Shown: in pieces, positions 7,855-19,807 of the stretch | How the letters are laid out: the number at the start of each line of letters is the position of its first letter | Numbering within the stretch: the first letter of the stretch is position 1 | Source: Thermoleophilaceae bacterium | Lineage (GTDB): Bacteria > Actinomycetota > Thermoleophilia > Solirubrobacterales > Thermoleophilaceae | NCBI GenBank assembly: GCA_037721005.1 | Contig: JBBJNU010000001.1 | Location: forward strand, 782 to 64,781 | Reading direction: 5' to 3' | Length of the DNA: 64,000 bases | Position numbers and translations under genes: made by a program | Notes under the pieces: model-generated | Told to the model about the DNA's origin: nothing | Seen by the model: only the letters and a program-made list of their open reading frames with translations | Database searches by the model: none

Positions 7855-8718
7855 ATGCGCCAGCGGATCCCCGCCACCTGCGCCCGGATTGCGGAATCGG
7901 ACATCTTCAACTACGCGATCTTCGGCGTGATTCTCGCGAACGCCGTAGTACTGGGTCTCGAGACCTACGACTCGATCCTTCGTGACGTCGGCGGGCTGCT
8001 TGGGACGCTCAACGACCTTTTCCTCGGTATTTTCGTAGTGGAGCTGGCGATCCGCCTGGTGGGGTTCGGTTCCCGCCCGCAAGATTTCTTCAAATCGGGC
8101 TGGAACGTGTTCGATTTCGTCGTGGTCGCCGCCTCGTTTGCCCCCGGGCTGCGCGAGAACGCCACGTTGCTGCGTCTCGTGCGCCTGGCGCGGATCGTAC
8201 GGATCGTGCGGCTGCTACCCGACCTGCGTGTGCTCGTGACCGCGATGGCGCGCAGCCTGCCTGGCGTGGCCAGCCTCGGCGTGCTCGTAGTGCTGCTGCT
8301 CTACGTCTACGGGATCGTTGGATGGGTGATCTTCGACGACCACGCTCCCGAGCAGTACGGCACCGTTGGGGAGGCAATGCTCACGCTGTTCGTGATGCTG
8401 TCGCTCGAGAACCTGCCCGACAACATCGAGTTGGGCCTCGAGCTGTCGACGTGGACAGTGCTCTACTTCGTCTCCTACACGGTGCTGGCTGCCTTCCTGA
8501 TCTTCAACCTGATGATCGGCGTGGTGGTCACCTCGCTCGAGGAGGCGCACGAAATCGAGTCCCGGCGTGAGGATCAGCTACGCCGAGAGGCGGCGGCGGC
8601 GACCGACGACCCGGCCGACGACCGCCGGGTGGAACTGGTTCAACAGCTCCAGGATCTACGACGCGCTCTCGAGGCTGTCGAGCACGACATCAAGGCGATG
8701 GACGAGCCGGCGACCTGA
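7855..8718 (+). CDS. single-domain 6-TM voltage-gated-type cation channel (ion transport family, BacNav-like)
   Basis: S4 helix RLVRLARIVRIVRLL with Arg every third residue. Pore region TLFVMLSLENLPDN. C-terminal charged helical tail. Confidence 0.8.
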   Translation: MRQRIPATCARIAESDIFNYAIFGVILANAVVLGLETYDSILRDVGGLLGTLNDLFLGIFVVELAIRLVGFGSRPQDFFKSGWNVFDFVVVAASFAPGLRENATLLRLVRLARIVRIVRLLPDLRVLVTAMARSLPGVASLGVLVVLLLYVYGIVGWVIFDDHAPEQYGTVGEAMLTLFVMLSLENLPDNIELGLELSTWTVLYFVSYTVLAAFLIFNLMIGVVVTSLEEAHEIESRREDQLRREAAAATDDPADDRRVELVQQLQDLRRALEAVEHDIKAMDEPAT

Positions 8719-8763
8719 CGAGCCTGGGCGCAGACGCGATTCTGCGGCACTCTCGACTGGGAG

Positions 8764-9105
8764 GTGGCGCCGCTCAGTAGCGCCGCTGACCCGGTCTCGA
8801 CAGGCGAGTCCGCGTTTGTTGCCCTTGCCGCAGACCAGATTTGCGAAGCGACCGGGGGTCCCTGTACCTATACGGGCCGGGACATGAGGCAAGCCCACAC
8901 CGACATGGCGGTGACGGCCGCGGAGTTCGAGGCGCAGGTCGAGATTCTCGCTGCCAGCTTGAGCCACTTCAACGTCCCCCAGGCCGAGCAGGATGAGCTG
9001 CTGGCCATGCTGGCGCCGATGAGAGATGACATCGTGGAGGTGGAATCACAGGAGACGGGCACACCGCTGCCCGATGCCTACAAGCCGGCGCCTGCGTTGT
9101 CCTAG
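8764..9105 (+). pseudogene. N-terminally truncated group-I truncated haemoglobin (TrHbN-like) remnant
   Basis: The translation aligns by eye to the E-H helix part of TrHbN (FVALAADQICEATGGPCTYTGRDMRQAH...LAPMRDDIV). About 50-60 N-terminal residues are absent. An upstream in-frame stop lies at 8716. Confidence 0.5.
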
Positions 9106-9265
9106 CGGCGGCGGACTCTCATTCGCGGCGTAGACACGCTGTAAGTCCAGCCCGTAGCCTGTTCTTCCCCGGGTGCGGCTGATCGGGTTGCCCCAAGCCG
9201 CGCCCCAACTGCTGTGCTCGCGAACTTCCGCGTGTGACCGACGATGGGGTTCAGGAGATCGGCCC

Positions 9266-10921
<1,656 letters not shown>

Positions 10922-10962
10922 CGCAGCGCCACGATAGCCGCCGGGCGGTTAGGCTCAGGCGC

Positions 10963-11388
10963 GTGGCCTCTGCCCCCTCCCTCCCCCTCACCGGTGGTTG
11001 CGGGTGCGGCGCCGTTCGCTTCGAGATCAGCGCGCCGCTCGTAGGTGCCGCCTACTGCCACTGCACGCGCTGCCAGCACAGAACGGGCACGGCTATGCAG
11101 GCGTCGGCCAGGATCGAGCCGGGCTCGCTGTCCATCACGAAGGGCGAGGAGCACCTGCGCGGATGGACGCTCGACACCGGCCTCGAGAAGTCGTTCTGCG
11201 AGCTGTGCGGGTCGGCGGTGCTGGCTCGCGACCGCGACGACGGCGAGGTGAAGATCGTGCGCCTCGCCGCGATCGACGGCGACCCCGGCGTGCGGCCCGC
11301 CGCGCACCAGTTTGTGGCCTACGCCGCGCCCTGGGCCCCGATCCCCGACGACGGGCTTCCGCGTTTCGACGAGCGCATCCCGAGCTAG
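10963..11388 (+). CDS. GFA (glutathione-dependent formaldehyde-activating / CENP-V) family protein
   Basis: Cys motifs CGCGAVRF, CHCTRC and CELCGS, characteristic of the GFA zinc sites. Confidence 0.8.
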   Translation: MASAPSLPLTGGCGCGAVRFEISAPLVGAAYCHCTRCQHRTGTAMQASARIEPGSLSITKGEEHLRGWTLDTGLEKSFCELCGSAVLARDRDDGEVKIVRLAAIDGDPGVRPAAHQFVAYAAPWAPIPDDGLPRFDERIPS

Positions 11389-11398
11389 GCTCTGCGGC

Positions 11399-11668
11399 AT
11401 GTGTCGCAACATACGAACGCTCCACAACTTCCAGCCGCCCGCAACGAACGACGAGGTTCAGGCCGCGGCGCTGCAGTACGTGCGCAAGGTGAGCGGCTCC
11501 ACGAAGCCTTCTCAGGCCAACGCCGAGGCCTTCGACAACGCCGTCCAGGAGGTCGCGCAGGCAACCACGAGACTGCTTGACAACCTCGTGGCGGGCGCTC
11601 CCCCAAAGGACCGCGAGGCCGAGGCGACCAAGCGTCGCGAGCGCGCAGCCAAGCGCTACGCGGCCTGA
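11399..11668 (+). CDS. DUF2277-family small protein
   Basis: ATG at 11399; MCRNIRTLHNFQPPATNDEVQAAALQYVRKVSG... matches the conserved DUF2277 N-terminus. Confidence 0.6.
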   Translation: MCRNIRTLHNFQPPATNDEVQAAALQYVRKVSGSTKPSQANAEAFDNAVQEVAQATTRLLDNLVAGAPPKDREAEATKRRERAAKRYAA

Positions 11669-11670
11669 CG

Positions 11671-12276
11671 TCAGGCAGCTTGCTCGGCGCGCGAGCGCTC
11701 GGCCTCGCGCAACTCCCTCATCGCCTGGCGGCGCTGGTCGCGCGTGGTGCGGTCGAGCAACAGGACGCCGTCCAGATGGTCGATCTCGTGCTGAATGACC
11801 CGCGCCTCCAAGCCGGAAGCCTCCACCCGGCGCTCCTCGCCCGTTTCGTCGAGGGCTCGCACCCGCACGTGCACCGCCCGCTTCACGTCCACGGTCACGC
11901 CGGGAATGGAGAGACAGCCCTCCTCGAGAACATCGTCCTCCTCCCCGGACCACTCCACCTCAGGGTTGACGAGGGCGATCACGGGCGCGTCGGGACCCAC
12001 GCGGTACACCAGCACACGCTGCGAGATTCCCAGCTGCGGCGCGGCAAGCCCGAGGCCGATGGCGTCCTTCATCAGGCCGGCCATACGGGCCACCTGACTG
12101 CGCAGAGCTTCGTCGAAACGGTCAACCTCGGTGGCCCGGCTCTTGAGAACCGGGTCCCCCAGGCGACGGATGAATGACATGGCCGCCATTCGCCTCGCCT
12201 CCACCTCGGGGTCGAGCGCGGGGGTCGCGTCCTGCGCGTCCTCCCCGCCATCGTGGAGCTCCTGCTCGTCTGCCAT
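11671..12276 (-). CDS. def: peptide deformylase
   Basis: Motifs GLAAPQLG, EGCLSIPG and QHEIDHLDG (the three deformylase motifs), with an acidic N-terminal extension. Confidence 0.9.
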   Translation of the reverse strand: MADEQELHDGGEDAQDATPALDPEVEARRMAAMSFIRRLGDPVLKSRATEVDRFDEALRSQVARMAGLMKDAIGLGLAAPQLGISQRVLVYRVGPDAPVIALVNPEVEWSGEEDDVLEEGCLSIPGVTVDVKRAVHVRVRALDETGEERRVEASGLEARVIQHEIDHLDGVLLLDRTTRDQRRQAMRELREAERSRAEQAA

Positions 12277-12312
12277 CGCCGCAATTGTAGAGCCGCGAAC
12301 AGGGCCTTCCCC

Positions 12313-14553
12313 TCACTGAGGGTCCACATCCACCGCGTAGGCCACGCCCTTGTGAGCACGGTCGGCAGCCACGGTCTCCACGGCGCGTCTGACCTCCGCG
12401 ATTCCCGCCGAGCGCTCGGGAGCCTTCACCACGAGCTGGGCCCGGTGGCGACCGTTGCGCCGAAAGAGCGGCGCGGGACCCAGCACCGTGGCCATCGCAG
12501 GGTCCACAAGGCAACGGATCGCGTCCGCGGCATCCCCTTCGGGCCCGGCCTCCTCGGCCGAGCACACCACCCTGATCATGTTGCCGTAGGGCGGGTAGCC
12601 GAGGGCGGCTCGCCGTTCGAGCTCGCCGCGCACGAAGCCTTCCGAGTCGTGCGCGGCCGCGTACTGGAGGGCGCGAGCGCCGGGGTCGAGCGCCTGAACC
12701 ACCACGCGCCCCCCCCGGCGCCCGCGGCCACTGCGCCCGGCGAGCTGCGCCACAAGAGCGAAGGTTCGCTCCTCCGCTCGGAAGTCGGGAAAGTGCAGCG
12801 TCGAGTCGGCGTCGAGCACCACGCCCAGCGTCACGTCGGGAAAGTCGTGGCCCTTGGCCACCATCTGGGTGCCCACGAGCACGCCTGACGGCGCCCCGTC
12901 GAAGCGCTCGAGGGTCGCGTCGACGCCGTGACTCACGGCTGTGTCCGCGTCGAGGCGAAAGACCGGCAGGGGGTGCACGAGCGCCTCGAGCTCGGAATGG
13001 AGCCGCTCGGTGCCGATCCCGTGGCGCGACAGGGAGACCGAGCCGCAGTCCGGGCACCGTCGCGGCGTGCGCTCTGCATGCCCGCAGTGATGACAGGCCA
13101 TCCGCCCCTCGGCGCGGTGGAGCACGAGCGTGACGTCGCAGTCCGGGCAGCCCCACGCTCGCCCGCACTCGCCGCAGGCCAGGAAGTTCGACCATCCCCG
13201 GCGGTTGAGGAGCACGATCGCCTTCTCCTCACGGGCCCGGACCTCATCGAGGGCGTCTCGCGTGCGAGGGTGCAGCGGACCGTTTCGACCGGCCATGTCC
13301 ACAAGCTCCACAGGTGGGAGCGGGCGGCCGTCGGCGCGCTGGGGCAGTTCGAGGCGCTCGTGTCGAGCCATGCTCTCGGGGCGAGGGGTCGCGCTTCCCA
13401 CCAGCAGCACGGCCCCACAGCCCGCGGCCCGGTGCTCGGCCACGTTGCGGGCGTCGTAGCGCGGATCTCCCTCCTGCTTGTAGGAGCCGTCGTGCTCCTC
13501 GTCCACCACGATGAGCCCCACGCCGGTGAGCGGAGCGAACACGGCGGAGCGGGGCCCGACGCACACCTTGGCCTCCCCCGAGCGCAACCGCGACCACTCG
13601 TCGAAGCGCTCGCGGGCGGTGAGCTTGGAATGCAGAATGGCCACGGTGTCTCCGAAGCGGCGCACGAAGCGCCCGGCCGTCTGGGGGGTGAGAGCGATCT
13701 CCGGCACGAGCACGATGCTCGTCTTGCCCCGCTCGAGCGCGGCGGCGGCGGCCTGGAGGTAGACCTCGGTCTTGCCGCTGCCGGTCACCCCATGAAGTAG
13801 AAGCCGGCGCTCGGCCTCGGCGGGCGCGTCCATCCGGCTCACGATCTCCTTCAGGGCGCGTTCCTGCGCGCCGTTGAGCTGGGCCACCGCGGCAGTCGAG
13901 CCGATGCAACTGATCGAGGGCCTCCGGGGCGGCTCGATGGAACGCTCGACCGCCACGAGGCCGCGCTGCTCGAGGCGACGCACGCAAGCGTGGTCACAGC
14001 CCGCGTCGCGCGCGAGCGCACTCACGCGTTGTGGACCCGAGGCGAGAGCCTCGAGACCCGCGCGCTGGCGTTCGGTGAGCCGTTCCCCCTCGCTGCTCAG
14101 CGCAATCCGCCCAGCGTCGGTGAGCCGCGCGGCCAGTGAGCGCCGCGGCGTGACCCGCCGGCCCGAGCCGGTGCCCGTTCCCGGAGGAAGGACCAGGGCC
14201 AGCCCGCGCGCGGGCGTGGACACATACTCGCGCGCCACCCAGAGCCCCAGCCGTACGAGCTCGGCCGGCACGTTGGCCTCCAAGGCGGAGAGCGGCTCGG
14301 CGAGGCGTTCGGGCGGCAGCTCTGACTCTTCCGCCACCTCCACGACCACGCCCAGCAGGCGGCGTCCGCCGAAGGGCACCACGAGCATGGCGCCCACCTC
14401 CACACCCTCGTTGGCACCGGCCAGGAGGTAGTCGAAGGGGCCTCTCAGAGCGCGGGCTGAGGTGAGGGGCTCGACCTTGGCGATCACCTGTCTGACGGTA
14501 CGCGCACGAGCGGACACCGGCTGCCGTTCCCGGGGGAAACAGCCGGCTTTCAC
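12313..14553 (-). CDS. priA: primosomal protein N' (replication restart helicase)
   Basis: 746 aa. Walker A GVTGSGKTEV, DEEHD box and a Cys-rich zinc-binding insert (CGECGRAWGCPDCD...CHHCG...CPDCGS). Confidence 0.9.
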   Translation of the reverse strand: MKAGCFPRERQPVSARARTVRQVIAKVEPLTSARALRGPFDYLLAGANEGVEVGAMLVVPFGGRRLLGVVVEVAEESELPPERLAEPLSALEANVPAELVRLGLWVAREYVSTPARGLALVLPPGTGTGSGRRVTPRRSLAARLTDAGRIALSSEGERLTERQRAGLEALASGPQRVSALARDAGCDHACVRRLEQRGLVAVERSIEPPRRPSISCIGSTAAVAQLNGAQERALKEIVSRMDAPAEAERRLLLHGVTGSGKTEVYLQAAAAALERGKTSIVLVPEIALTPQTAGRFVRRFGDTVAILHSKLTARERFDEWSRLRSGEAKVCVGPRSAVFAPLTGVGLIVVDEEHDGSYKQEGDPRYDARNVAEHRAAGCGAVLLVGSATPRPESMARHERLELPQRADGRPLPPVELVDMAGRNGPLHPRTRDALDEVRAREEKAIVLLNRRGWSNFLACGECGRAWGCPDCDVTLVLHRAEGRMACHHCGHAERTPRRCPDCGSVSLSRHGIGTERLHSELEALVHPLPVFRLDADTAVSHGVDATLERFDGAPSGVLVGTQMVAKGHDFPDVTLGVVLDADSTLHFPDFRAEERTFALVAQLAGRSGRGRRGGRVVVQALDPGARALQYAAAHDSEGFVRGELERRAALGYPPYGNMIRVVCSAEEAGPEGDAADAIRCLVDPAMATVLGPAPLFRRNGRHRAQLVVKAPERSAGIAEVRRAVETVAADRAHKGVAYAVDVDPQ

Positions 14554-14585
14554 CGCGCTGTGCGCGGCTTGGGTGTGGACCCCCT

Positions 14586-15356
14586 TTAGGGCCCGGGGGT
14601 CAGCAGTGCGGCGTAATGGAGCGTGAACGTGCGCTCGGCGACCCGCGGGGCAACGGTGAAGAGCCCGCGGCGTACGGCGGCCTTGGCTGTGGCTCGAGCC
14701 TTGGCGCCCGTGGTATCGGCCCAGAATCCGAGAATCTCGCGCGGAAGCGGGTCGGCCACCTCGGCCCGGACCTCCAGCCCGGCGCCCCGGGCCAGTGCGC
14801 CCACGGCCTCTCGCGAGAAACGGTGCAGGTGCCCCACCTCCTCCCGGCCTCGCGCGGCGGCCGGCCGCGAGGCCGAGCGGTTGTCCTCCAAGGGCACCTC
14901 GACCACCAGGGCACGGCAGGCCCGCGCGGCCTCGCGGAGCAAGGGCGCCGGCTCCGGCACATGCTCGATCACGTGCGAGAGCACGCCAAGGTCGTAGGCC
15001 TTGTCGGGCACCGGCAGATCGACGCCGTCGAAGCGCTCGACGCGGTCCACGTGCGGACGACTCGCCGCGAAGGCCACCGCCCTCTCCGAGATCTCGAAGC
15101 CGTGGCGGACCTCACCCACCGCCCGCTCCGCCAGGGCGGTGAGCAGGCTTCCGTCGCCACACCCGATCTCGACCACCGTCGACGGCACCGAGGGCAGGCT
15201 TCGCACCAGCTCGGCCACGTGGTCCGCCTTGCCCTGGGCGCAGAGCGCTCTCCAGGCCCCGTTTCGCTCGGCCTCGCCGGGCGGGGCGCTGTACTGCTCC
15301 TCGTATAGGTCGCGTAGCTCGGCGGAGGCCGGATCCGGTGCTTGCCCGCCGGTCAT
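14586..15356 (-). CDS. class I SAM-dependent methyltransferase
   Basis: Motif I VVEIGCGDGS; Rossmann-like order of motifs. Confidence 0.7.
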   Translation of the reverse strand: MTGGQAPDPASAELRDLYEEQYSAPPGEAERNGAWRALCAQGKADHVAELVRSLPSVPSTVVEIGCGDGSLLTALAERAVGEVRHGFEISERAVAFAASRPHVDRVERFDGVDLPVPDKAYDLGVLSHVIEHVPEPAPLLREAARACRALVVEVPLEDNRSASRPAAARGREEVGHLHRFSREAVGALARGAGLEVRAEVADPLPREILGFWADTTGAKARATAKAAVRRGLFTVAPRVAERTFTLHYAALLTPGP

Positions 15357-15382
15357 GACCTTAGGCTACGCAGCCGCTTCCC

Positions 15383-16510
15383 ATGGCTATCGATTTCGAG
15401 AAAGAGGGCCTGCTCGAGGGGCTCGACGGACCGGCCCGCGAGGCGCGCCTGAAGCTGCTCGAGGGGCTTGCCTCGGACGGCTTCGAGCTCGATGAGCTCA
15501 AGAGGGCGGCGGGAGAGGGGCGCCTGGCCTTCGTTGCCGTGGAGCGGGTGCTGGCCGGCGGCGACGACTGCTACACCCCGGGCGAGATCGCCGAGCGCTC
15601 CGGTCTCGAGCAGGAGTTCCTGGAGCACCTCTGGCGCGCGCTCGGGATGGCGGTGCGCGACCCGTCCGAGACCGCCTTCACCCAGGCCGACCTTCAAGCC
15701 GCGGAGCGTGTTAGGGCGCTGCGCGAAGCCGGCCTGTCCGAGGAGGCCATCGTGGAGATCGGCCGGGTGATGAGCCGCGGCATGTTCGCCGTGGCCTCGG
15801 CCATCAGGCGCGTGTTCAACCAGACCTACCTCCGCGCCGGGGACGACGAGCAGAGCCTGGCGCTGCGCTATGCCGAGGCCTCGCGCGAGCTCACGCCACT
15901 GCTCGGACCCGTGCTCGAGCACGTCCTGGGCGTGCAGCAGCGCAGCCTCATCCGCCAGGCCGCGGTGGACACCGCGGCGCTCGCGTCGGGGCGCCTCCCC
16001 CAGGGCCGGGAGACCGCCTTCTGCTTCGCCGACCTCGTGGGCTTCACCAAGCTCGGCGAGAACGTGGACTCGGCCGCCCTGGGCGGGGTGGCCGAGCGAT
16101 TGGAGGAGATCGCCGTGGAGGTGGCCGACCCACCGGTGCGCCTGATCAAGACGATCGGCGACGCGGCGATGCTCGAGTCGGCCGACACCGAGGCTCTGCT
16201 CGACGCCGCCCTCACGCTCGTGTCGCGCGCGGACGAGGAGGGCGAGCACTTCCCTCAGATCCGGGCGGGGGTCGCTCGGGGCGAGGCCCTCGAGCGCTCA
16301 GGCGACTGGTTCGGCCGTCCGGTGAACCTTGCCAGCCGGATCACCGATATCGCCCGGCCGGGCACGGTGCTGGCCGATGCCCCCACGAAGGAAGCGGCCG
16401 GCGACGATGCCTACCGCTACTCGTTCGCGGGCAAGCGGCGCATCAAGGGCCTCGACGGAGAGGTCGAGCTGCACCGCGTGCGCCGGGACGAGCCAGGCGA
16501 CGAGTCCTAG
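15383..16510 (+). CDS. class III adenylate/guanylate cyclase domain protein with helical N-terminal domain
   Basis: [14 protein letters not shown]...[10 protein letters not shown]...[10 protein letters not shown], typical of the class III cyclase catalytic core. Confidence 0.8.
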   Translation: MAIDFEKEGLLEGLDGPAREARLKLLEGLASDGFELDELKRAAGEGRLAFVAVERVLAGGDDCYTPGEIAERSGLEQEFLEHLWRALGMAVRDPSETAFTQADLQAAERVRALREAGLSEEAIVEIGRVMSRGMFAVASAIRRVFNQTYLRAGDDEQSLALRYAEASRELTPLLGPVLEHVLGVQQRSLIRQAAVDTAALASGRLPQGRETAFCFADLVGFTKLGENVDSAALGGVAERLEEIAVEVADPPVRLIKTIGDAAMLESADTEALLDAALTLVSRADEEGEHFPQIRAGVARGEALERSGDWFGRPVNLASRITDIARPGTVLADAPTKEAAGDDAYRYSFAGKRRIKGLDGEVELHRVRRDEPGDES

Positions 16511-17817
16511 GCGGGAGAAGCGGCTTCGGCGCCGATACCGGCGGCCTCGCGCAGAACGTCGGCCCTGTCGGTGTTCTCCCAGGTGAAGTCCGGATCCTCG
16601 CGGCCGAAGTGGCCGTAGGCGGCGGTCTTCTGGTAGATCGGACGGTGCAGGTCGAGCTCCTTGCGAAAGGCGCCTGGGCGCATGTCGAAGTGCTCGTTGA
16701 TCAGCGAGGTGATCTTCGAGCGCGGGATCTTCTCGGTACCGAAGGTCTCCGCCATCACCGACACCGGGTGTGAAACGCCGATCGCGTAGGCCACCTGCAC
16801 CTCGCAGCGATCGGCCAGGCCGGCGGCCACCACGTTCTTGGCCACCCAGCGCGCGGCGTAGGCAGCCGAGCGGTCCACCTTCGAGGGATCCTTGCCCGAG
16901 AAGGCTCCGCCGCCGTGGCGGGCCGATCCGCCGTAGGTGTCCACGATGATCTTGCGTCCGGTGAGGCCGCAGTCGCCCACCGGCCCGCCGATCACGAACT
17001 TGCCGGTCGGGTTCACCAGGAACCCATCGGCGCTGAAGAGCTTCGACTCGTCGTAGAGGTCACCGGGGAGGATCGGCGCCACCACGTGCTCCCACAGGTC
17101 GGGGCGGATCTGGCTCTGTGAATCCACGTCGTCGCGGTGCTGGGTGGAGATGAGCACTTTCTCGATCTCGACCGGCACGCCGTCCTCGTAGCGCACCGTG
17201 ACCTGGGTCTTTCCGTCGGGCCGCAGGTAGTCGACGGCCTTCTCGCGACGCGCTTCGGCCAGGCGGTGCGCCAGGCGGTGGGCGAGCGAAATCGGCATCG
17301 GCATGAGCTCGGGCGTCTCGCGCGTGGCGTAGCCGAACATCATCCCCTGGTCGCCCGCGCCGGCCATGTCAAGGTCGTCCCCTCCGCCGTTGGCGCCGGA
17401 ACCGGTGCGCGCCTCAAAGGCCTGGTCCACTCCCTGGGCGATGTCTGGCGACTGCTCGTCGATCGCCGTGATCACGGCGCAGGCGTCGGCGTCGAAGCCA
17501 TACGAGGCGTCGTCGTAGCCGATCTTGCGGATCGTCTCGCGCGCGATCCGCGGCACGTCCACGTACACCTCGGTGGTGATCTCGCCCGACACCACGACCA
17601 GGCCGGTGTTCACCAGCGTCTCGCAGGCCACGCGACCGGTGGGATCGTCCTTGAGCACCGCGTCGAGCACGCCGTCGGAGATCTGGTCCGCCATCTTGTC
17701 CGGGTGGCCTTCGGTGACCGACTCGGAGGTGAACAGGTACGCGTTGTCGGGAAGCTCTTGTGTCGCCATTGGAAAAACCTTATCGGGAGCAGATCGGCGA
17801 GCACCGCCCCGGGTCAT
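16507..17817 (-). CDS. metK: S-adenosylmethionine synthase
   Basis: [24 protein letters not shown] and [16 protein letters not shown] motifs. ATG 17817 has the SD GGGAGGAG 9 nt upstream. An internal ATG at 17769 (MATQELP...) lacks an SD. Confidence 0.93.
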   Translation of the reverse strand: MTRGGARRSAPDKVFPMATQELPDNAYLFTSESVTEGHPDKMADQISDGVLDAVLKDDPTGRVACETLVNTGLVVVSGEITTEVYVDVPRIARETIRKIGYDDASYGFDADACAVITAIDEQSPDIAQGVDQAFEARTGSGANGGGDDLDMAGAGDQGMMFGYATRETPELMPMPISLAHRLAHRLAEARREKAVDYLRPDGKTQVTVRYEDGVPVEIEKVLISTQHRDDVDSQSQIRPDLWEHVVAPILPGDLYDESKLFSADGFLVNPTGKFVIGGPVGDCGLTGRKIIVDTYGGSARHGGGAFSGKDPSKVDRSAAYAARWVAKNVVAAGLADRCEVQVAYAIGVSHPVSVMAETFGTEKIPRSKITSLINEHFDMRPGAFRKELDLHRPIYQKTAAYGHFGREDPDFTWENTDRADVLREAAGIGAEAASPA

Positions 17818-17834
17818 CGGGCTGCGCTCCTCCC
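17782..17834. repeat. partial third copy of the composite repeat seen at 47105..47191 and 49452..49560
   Basis: gatcggcgagcaccgccccgggtcatcgggc matches 49517..49548 (29 of 32 by hand). The adjacent gctgcgctcctccc is an exact 14-mer of the other module in opposite relative orientation. Confidence 0.65.
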
Positions 17835-17849
17835 GCCGAGCCGTCCCTC

Positions 17850-19160
17850 CTAGGCGTAGCGGTCCTTGCCGGTGGTCTTGAAGTCGATCACCAAGGGCAC
17901 GCCCTCCAGGGAGAAGCGCTCGCGGAGCTTGTTCTCGAGGAAGTACCCGTAGCTTCGGGTGATGAGGCTGCGGTCGTTCACCTGCACGGCGAAGCGCGGA
18001 GGCGAGACCTCGAACTGGGCCATGTAGTACATCTTCAGGCGCTTTCCCCGTGTGGCGGGAGGCTGACGAATCCCCTGCAGATCGCCTAGAAAGCGGTTCA
18101 GCTCGGGGGTGGAGACGCGCTCACGGGCGCGGTCGGCTATGGCCAGCGACTCGGCCACCAGCCGGCGTAGCCCGCGGCCGGTCTGAGCCGACACGGCCAT
18201 CAGCCGCGGCCGCTGTCGGAGCTTGTTGGTCACCCGGGCCCGGGCGTCCTCGAGGTCGGTGTCGGTCTCGTCCCACTTGTTCAGGGCGACCACCGTCGCG
18301 CAGTTCTTCTTCATGGCCATCTCCGCGATGTGGAAGTCCGCGGTGGTCACGCCCTCGGTGGCGTCGCAGAGCACGATGGCCACCGCCGAGCGCTCGGCCG
18401 CGCGCTCGGAGCGCAGCTGCGCGTAGTAGTCCACCGTGCCCGCCACCTTCGTGCGCCGGCGAAGTCCGGCCGTGTCCACCAGGATCACCTGCCGGCCGTC
18501 CATCTCGATCCGAGTGTCCACTGAGTCACGCGTGGTGCCGGCGATCGGCGCCACGATCACCCGCTCCTCCCCGAGAAGCTTGTTCACCAGCGAGGACTTG
18601 CCCACGTTCGGCCTTCCGATCACCGCCAGGCGAGTGGCCTCCTCGGCCTCCGGTTCGGGGGCATCGGCCAGCAGCCCGGCCACACGGTCGAGCAGATCGC
18701 CGGTGCCCAGACCGTGGGCAGCGGAGACGGCGACCGGATCACCCAGGCCGAGGCCGTAGAACTCGGCCGCCCCGCCGGCCTGCAACCCGCTGTCGACCTT
18801 GTTGGCGGCCACCACCACGGGGACCGAGCCGGCGCGCAGCTCACGGGCCAGGTCGGCGTCCTGCTCGCGCAGGCCGGCTGCCGCGTCCACCACGAGCACC
18901 GCCACCGCCGCCTCCGCCAGGGCGGCGCGGGACTGGCGCTGTACCGAGCGGGCCAGGTCATCGGTGTCGTCGAGGTCCACGCCGCCCGTGTCGACCAGGG
19001 TGAAGGAGCGACCGTTCCAGTCGGCCTCGACCTCCTTGCGGTCGCGCGTAACTCCGGCCTGCTCGTGCACCACGGTCTCGCGGGTGCCCGACAGGCGATT
19101 CACGAGGGTCGACTTGCCGACGTTCGGGTAGCCGATCACGGCCACCTTCTGCAGGGCCAT
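17850..19160 (-). CDS. der: ribosome-associated GTPase Der (EngA), tandem GTPase domains
   Basis: Two G-domains ([18 protein letters not shown]; DTGG/DTAG; NKVD/NKWD) plus a KH-like C-terminus. Confidence 0.93.
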   Translation of the reverse strand: MALQKVAVIGYPNVGKSTLVNRLSGTRETVVHEQAGVTRDRKEVEADWNGRSFTLVDTGGVDLDDTDDLARSVQRQSRAALAEAAVAVLVVDAAAGLREQDADLARELRAGSVPVVVAANKVDSGLQAGGAAEFYGLGLGDPVAVSAAHGLGTGDLLDRVAGLLADAPEPEAEEATRLAVIGRPNVGKSSLVNKLLGEERVIVAPIAGTTRDSVDTRIEMDGRQVILVDTAGLRRRTKVAGTVDYYAQLRSERAAERSAVAIVLCDATEGVTTADFHIAEMAMKKNCATVVALNKWDETDTDLEDARARVTNKLRQRPRLMAVSAQTGRGLRRLVAESLAIADRARERVSTPELNRFLGDLQGIRQPPATRGKRLKMYYMAQFEVSPPRFAVQVNDRSLITRSYGYFLENKLRERFSLEGVPLVIDFKTTGKDRYA

Positions 19161-19774
19161 TAGCTCTGGACTGTGGTGACCAGCGCCCTTATGCGCGCGA
19201 CCACCTCCTCGACGGTAAAGCCCGTGGTGTCCAACTCGACCGCGTCCTCGGCGGCTCGCAGCGGCGAGTGCTCGCGGCCCTCGTCCTGCGCGTCGCGTAG
19301 GGCCTGGTCGCGCATCACGGTCTCCACGTCGGTGCCAAGCTCGGCGGCGCGCCGTCGCGCGCGCTCGGTCGGATCAGCCACGAGAAAGACCTTCACCTCG
19401 GCCTCGGGGGCCACCACCGTGCCGATGTCACGCCCCTCGGCCACCCAGTCGCCGTCGGCGAGCAGGGCGCGCTGCTTCTCGACCAGGGCGGCGCGCACCT
19501 TCTCGTTGGTCGCGATACGCGACGCGGCCTCGGCCACCTTGGGGGTCCGGATGGCCTCGGTCACGTCACGCCCGTCAGCCAGCACCCTTTCGCCGAGCTC
19601 GATCTGGAGCTCCTGCGCCCGCTCCGAGGCGGCGCCGCCCTCGTCGAGCAGCTTGAGCGCCGCCGCCCGGTACATCGCCCCGGAGTCCAGGTAGGTGAAG
19701 CCGAGCGCCTGCGCCACCGCGCGCGCCACCGTGCTCTTGCCCGCTCCCGCGGGACCGTCGATCGCCACGACCAT
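19160..19774 (-). CDS. cmk: cytidylate kinase
   Basis: [20 protein letters not shown]-loop, GRDIGTVV motif. Its stop overlaps the der start by 1 nt. Confidence 0.9.
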   Translation of the reverse strand: MVVAIDGPAGAGKSTVARAVAQALGFTYLDSGAMYRAAALKLLDEGGAASERAQELQIELGERVLADGRDVTEAIRTPKVAEAASRIATNEKVRAALVEKQRALLADGDWVAEGRDIGTVVAPEAEVKVFLVADPTERARRRAAELGTDVETVMRDQALRDAQDEGREHSPLRAAEDAVELDTTGFTVEEVVARIRALVTTVQS

Positions 19775-19807
19775 CGTGTCCTGAGGCTAGTGGCGCTGCG
19801 GCGGGTG

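Noticed and set aside
8716-8766. Stop-codon read-through fusing the ion channel to the globin fragment (same reading frame).
   Set aside because: Sharing a frame happens one time in three by chance. The linker translation has no globin similarity, and no recoding signal is evident.
17818-17849. SAM riboswitch upstream of metK.
   Set aside because: Only 32 nt separate the der stop from the metK ATG, which is too short for known SAM aptamers. The SD/anti-SD complementarity derives from a repeat also found at unrelated loci.
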